From an uncultured Gammaproteobacteria bacterium (GTDB lineage Bacteria; Patescibacteriota; Microgenomatia; Levybacterales; GWA1-39-11), in assembly GCA_964436385.1 (NCBI GenBank), contig CAYTCO010000001.1, positions 47,316 to 104,128 on the forward strand: a stretch of 56,813 bases of DNA. The letters run 5' to 3'. Positions 56,115 through 56,813 of the stretch are shown piece by piece. Position 1 is the stretch's first letter. The number at the start of each line of letters is the position of its first letter. Made by a program: the position numbers and the translations under genes. The notes under the pieces were generated by a model that was given only the letters and a program-made list of their open reading frames with translations, made no database searches and was not told the origin of the DNA.

Positions 56115-56209
56115 AGGTAACAGCGGTTTGGCAAAAGCTGCCATTGAAATTCCGTGCGAAAATTGAGCATCCGTTAGGCAGCCTTCGCCAAGCCGCCCGA
56201 ACGTTATAT
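56115..56209 (-). repeat. attC-like imperfect hairpin site A (95 bp)
   Basis: + strand: AGGTAAC-a-GCGGTTTGGCAAAAGCTGCC (56123-56142) ... 34-nt loop ... GGCAGCCTTCGCCAAGCCGC (56177-56196)-ccgaac-GTTATAT. 17 of 20 stem positions pair. Confidence 0.55.
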
Positions 56210-56278
56210 GAAATGCCTTGCTGACGTGTTCCAATTGAAGTTCCGTGAAGGAAAAACAAAAAGAAAAAAGCCACCGCA

Positions 56279-56713
56279 CTATTTTTTACGTTTATATTTT
56301 TCAAACCAAGTTCCATCAAATCTTTTGTCAGTTCCGTTAATCCCCCATTTATCCCAAAAGTCTTTACACCATTTTGAATTACTTCTTTCTGGAGCATCTT
56401 TAAACCTTCTCGGTTCTGTTCCTCTTATTTCTTCTGTAAACTTTCCGTTTTCATCTGCAAAATTCCAATACACCGTTCCGAATCCAAGTGCATAAATAAC
56501 ATCTCGTATATCCCAACAAGGTTCATACGGATAAGGCATTATGTTTTTAATATAAATCTCAATGCTATTATCATAATCATCAGAGCCAATTGAAAAATCC
56601 AATTTATCGTAATTATCGGGTTCGTATTTTTCAAATGCTTCCATTATTATTTCTTCAACTTGCCCTTGCACCCTATAAGAATCGTGTAGTCTTTCTGCTA
56701 TTGTTTTTTCCAT
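56279..56713 (-). CDS. Cassette ORF A, hypothetical protein (144 aa)
   Basis: Clean ORF flanked by a 21-23-nt polypurine/polypyrimidine inverted repeat and by the GTTATATGAA / TTCATATAAC junctions. Confidence 0.65.
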   Translation of the reverse strand: MEKTIAERLHDSYRVQGQVEEIIMEAFEKYEPDNYDKLDFSIGSDDYDNSIEIYIKNIMPYPYEPCWDIRDVIYALGFGTVYWNFADENGKFTEEIRGTEPRRFKDAPERSNSKWCKDFWDKWGINGTDKRFDGTWFEKYKRKK

Positions 56714-56783
56714 CGCTTTTTTTTCTTTTTGTTTTTCTGTTTAGTGTTCCAATTGGGCTTTATCGTAAATAAGTCGGCACTTC

Positions 56784-56813
56784 ATATAACAGCACCTAAC
56801 CAAAAGCGGCAAG
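56784..56813 (-). repeat. Left end of a fourth hairpin site (truncated by the window)
   Basis: ATATAAC-agcacctaaccaaaagcggcaag. The 7-mer is the exact complement of GTTATAT at 56203-56209. Confidence 0.4.

Larger units (their letters stand above)
55202..56813 (-). mobile_element. Array of at least 3 integron-type gene cassettes (ORF + attC-like site); no integrase in the window and the array continues past the right edge
   Basis: See the individual sites below. The junction 7-mers are chain-complementary: GTTAGGC/GCCTAAC, GTTACCT/AGGTAAC, GTTATAT/ATATAAC. Confidence 0.55.

Noticed and set aside
56076-56495. N-terminal extension of ORF 55620..56279 and ORFs 56095..56397 (-) and 56208..56495 (+)
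   Set aside because: They traverse the GC-rich hairpin site and the polypurine tract or lie antisense to ORF 56279-56713. The translations (FSFCFSF..., KRKKPPHYFLRLYF) look non-coding.
55202-56813. CRISPR array or simple REP-type repeats as an explanation for the repeated GTTAGGC/GCCTAAC motifs
   Set aside because: The units are not direct repeats of constant length. Each hairpin has a different sequence, the spacers are protein-coding ORFs, and only the terminal 7-mers are related, in a chain-complementary way.
1-56813. Stop-codon reassignment (TAG or TGA recoding), as reported in some crAss-like phages
   Set aside because: All large genes, including the giant ORFs of more than 5,000 and 2,035 codons, are open in the standard code. 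Gene density is normal. The tRNA-like gene has no CUA or UCA anticodon candidate.

Overview
AT-rich dsDNA phage segment with crAss-like (Crassvirales-type) gene content. The host is probably in the Bacteroidota, judging by TAnnTTTG -7 boxes and lipobox proteins. On the + strand, 1-27763 is the end of the late/virion module. It holds two translationally coupled giant ORFs. The first is open to the left window edge (>5,230 codons) and carries an SF1-helicase-like P-loop module, an HExxH zincin motif and a DFDID RNA-polymerase-type metal site. The second (2,035 aa) carries tandem PARP/ART-like modules and another HExxH motif. Fibre-like Gly/Thr-rich proteins and a lysis cassette with an M15 endolysin follow. 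27.8-28.7 kb is a module switch with bidirectional terminators and a divergent promoter pair. On the - strand, 28.7-56.8 kb holds a replication/recombination module: PolB, PD-(D/E)xK nuclease, RuvC-like resolvase, UDG, Dda/RecD-like helicase, DnaG-like primase, P-loop ATPase, DEAH helicase and SSB. About 45 small tightly packed genes follow, including a ThiF/E1-like protein, a PP-loop (PAPS-reductase-like) protein, a RadC/JAB protein, two lipoproteins and one atypical tRNA-like gene. The main hunting result is at the right end (55.2-56.8 kb). Three consecutive small genes are separated by GC-rich imperfect hairpin sites bounded by ...TAAC / GTTA... 7-mers. The right 7-mer of each site is the exact reverse complement of the left 7-mer of the next. 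This is the boundary signature of integron-type (attC) gene cassettes. No integrase is visible in the window. All assignments rest on reading motifs by eye; no searches were run.
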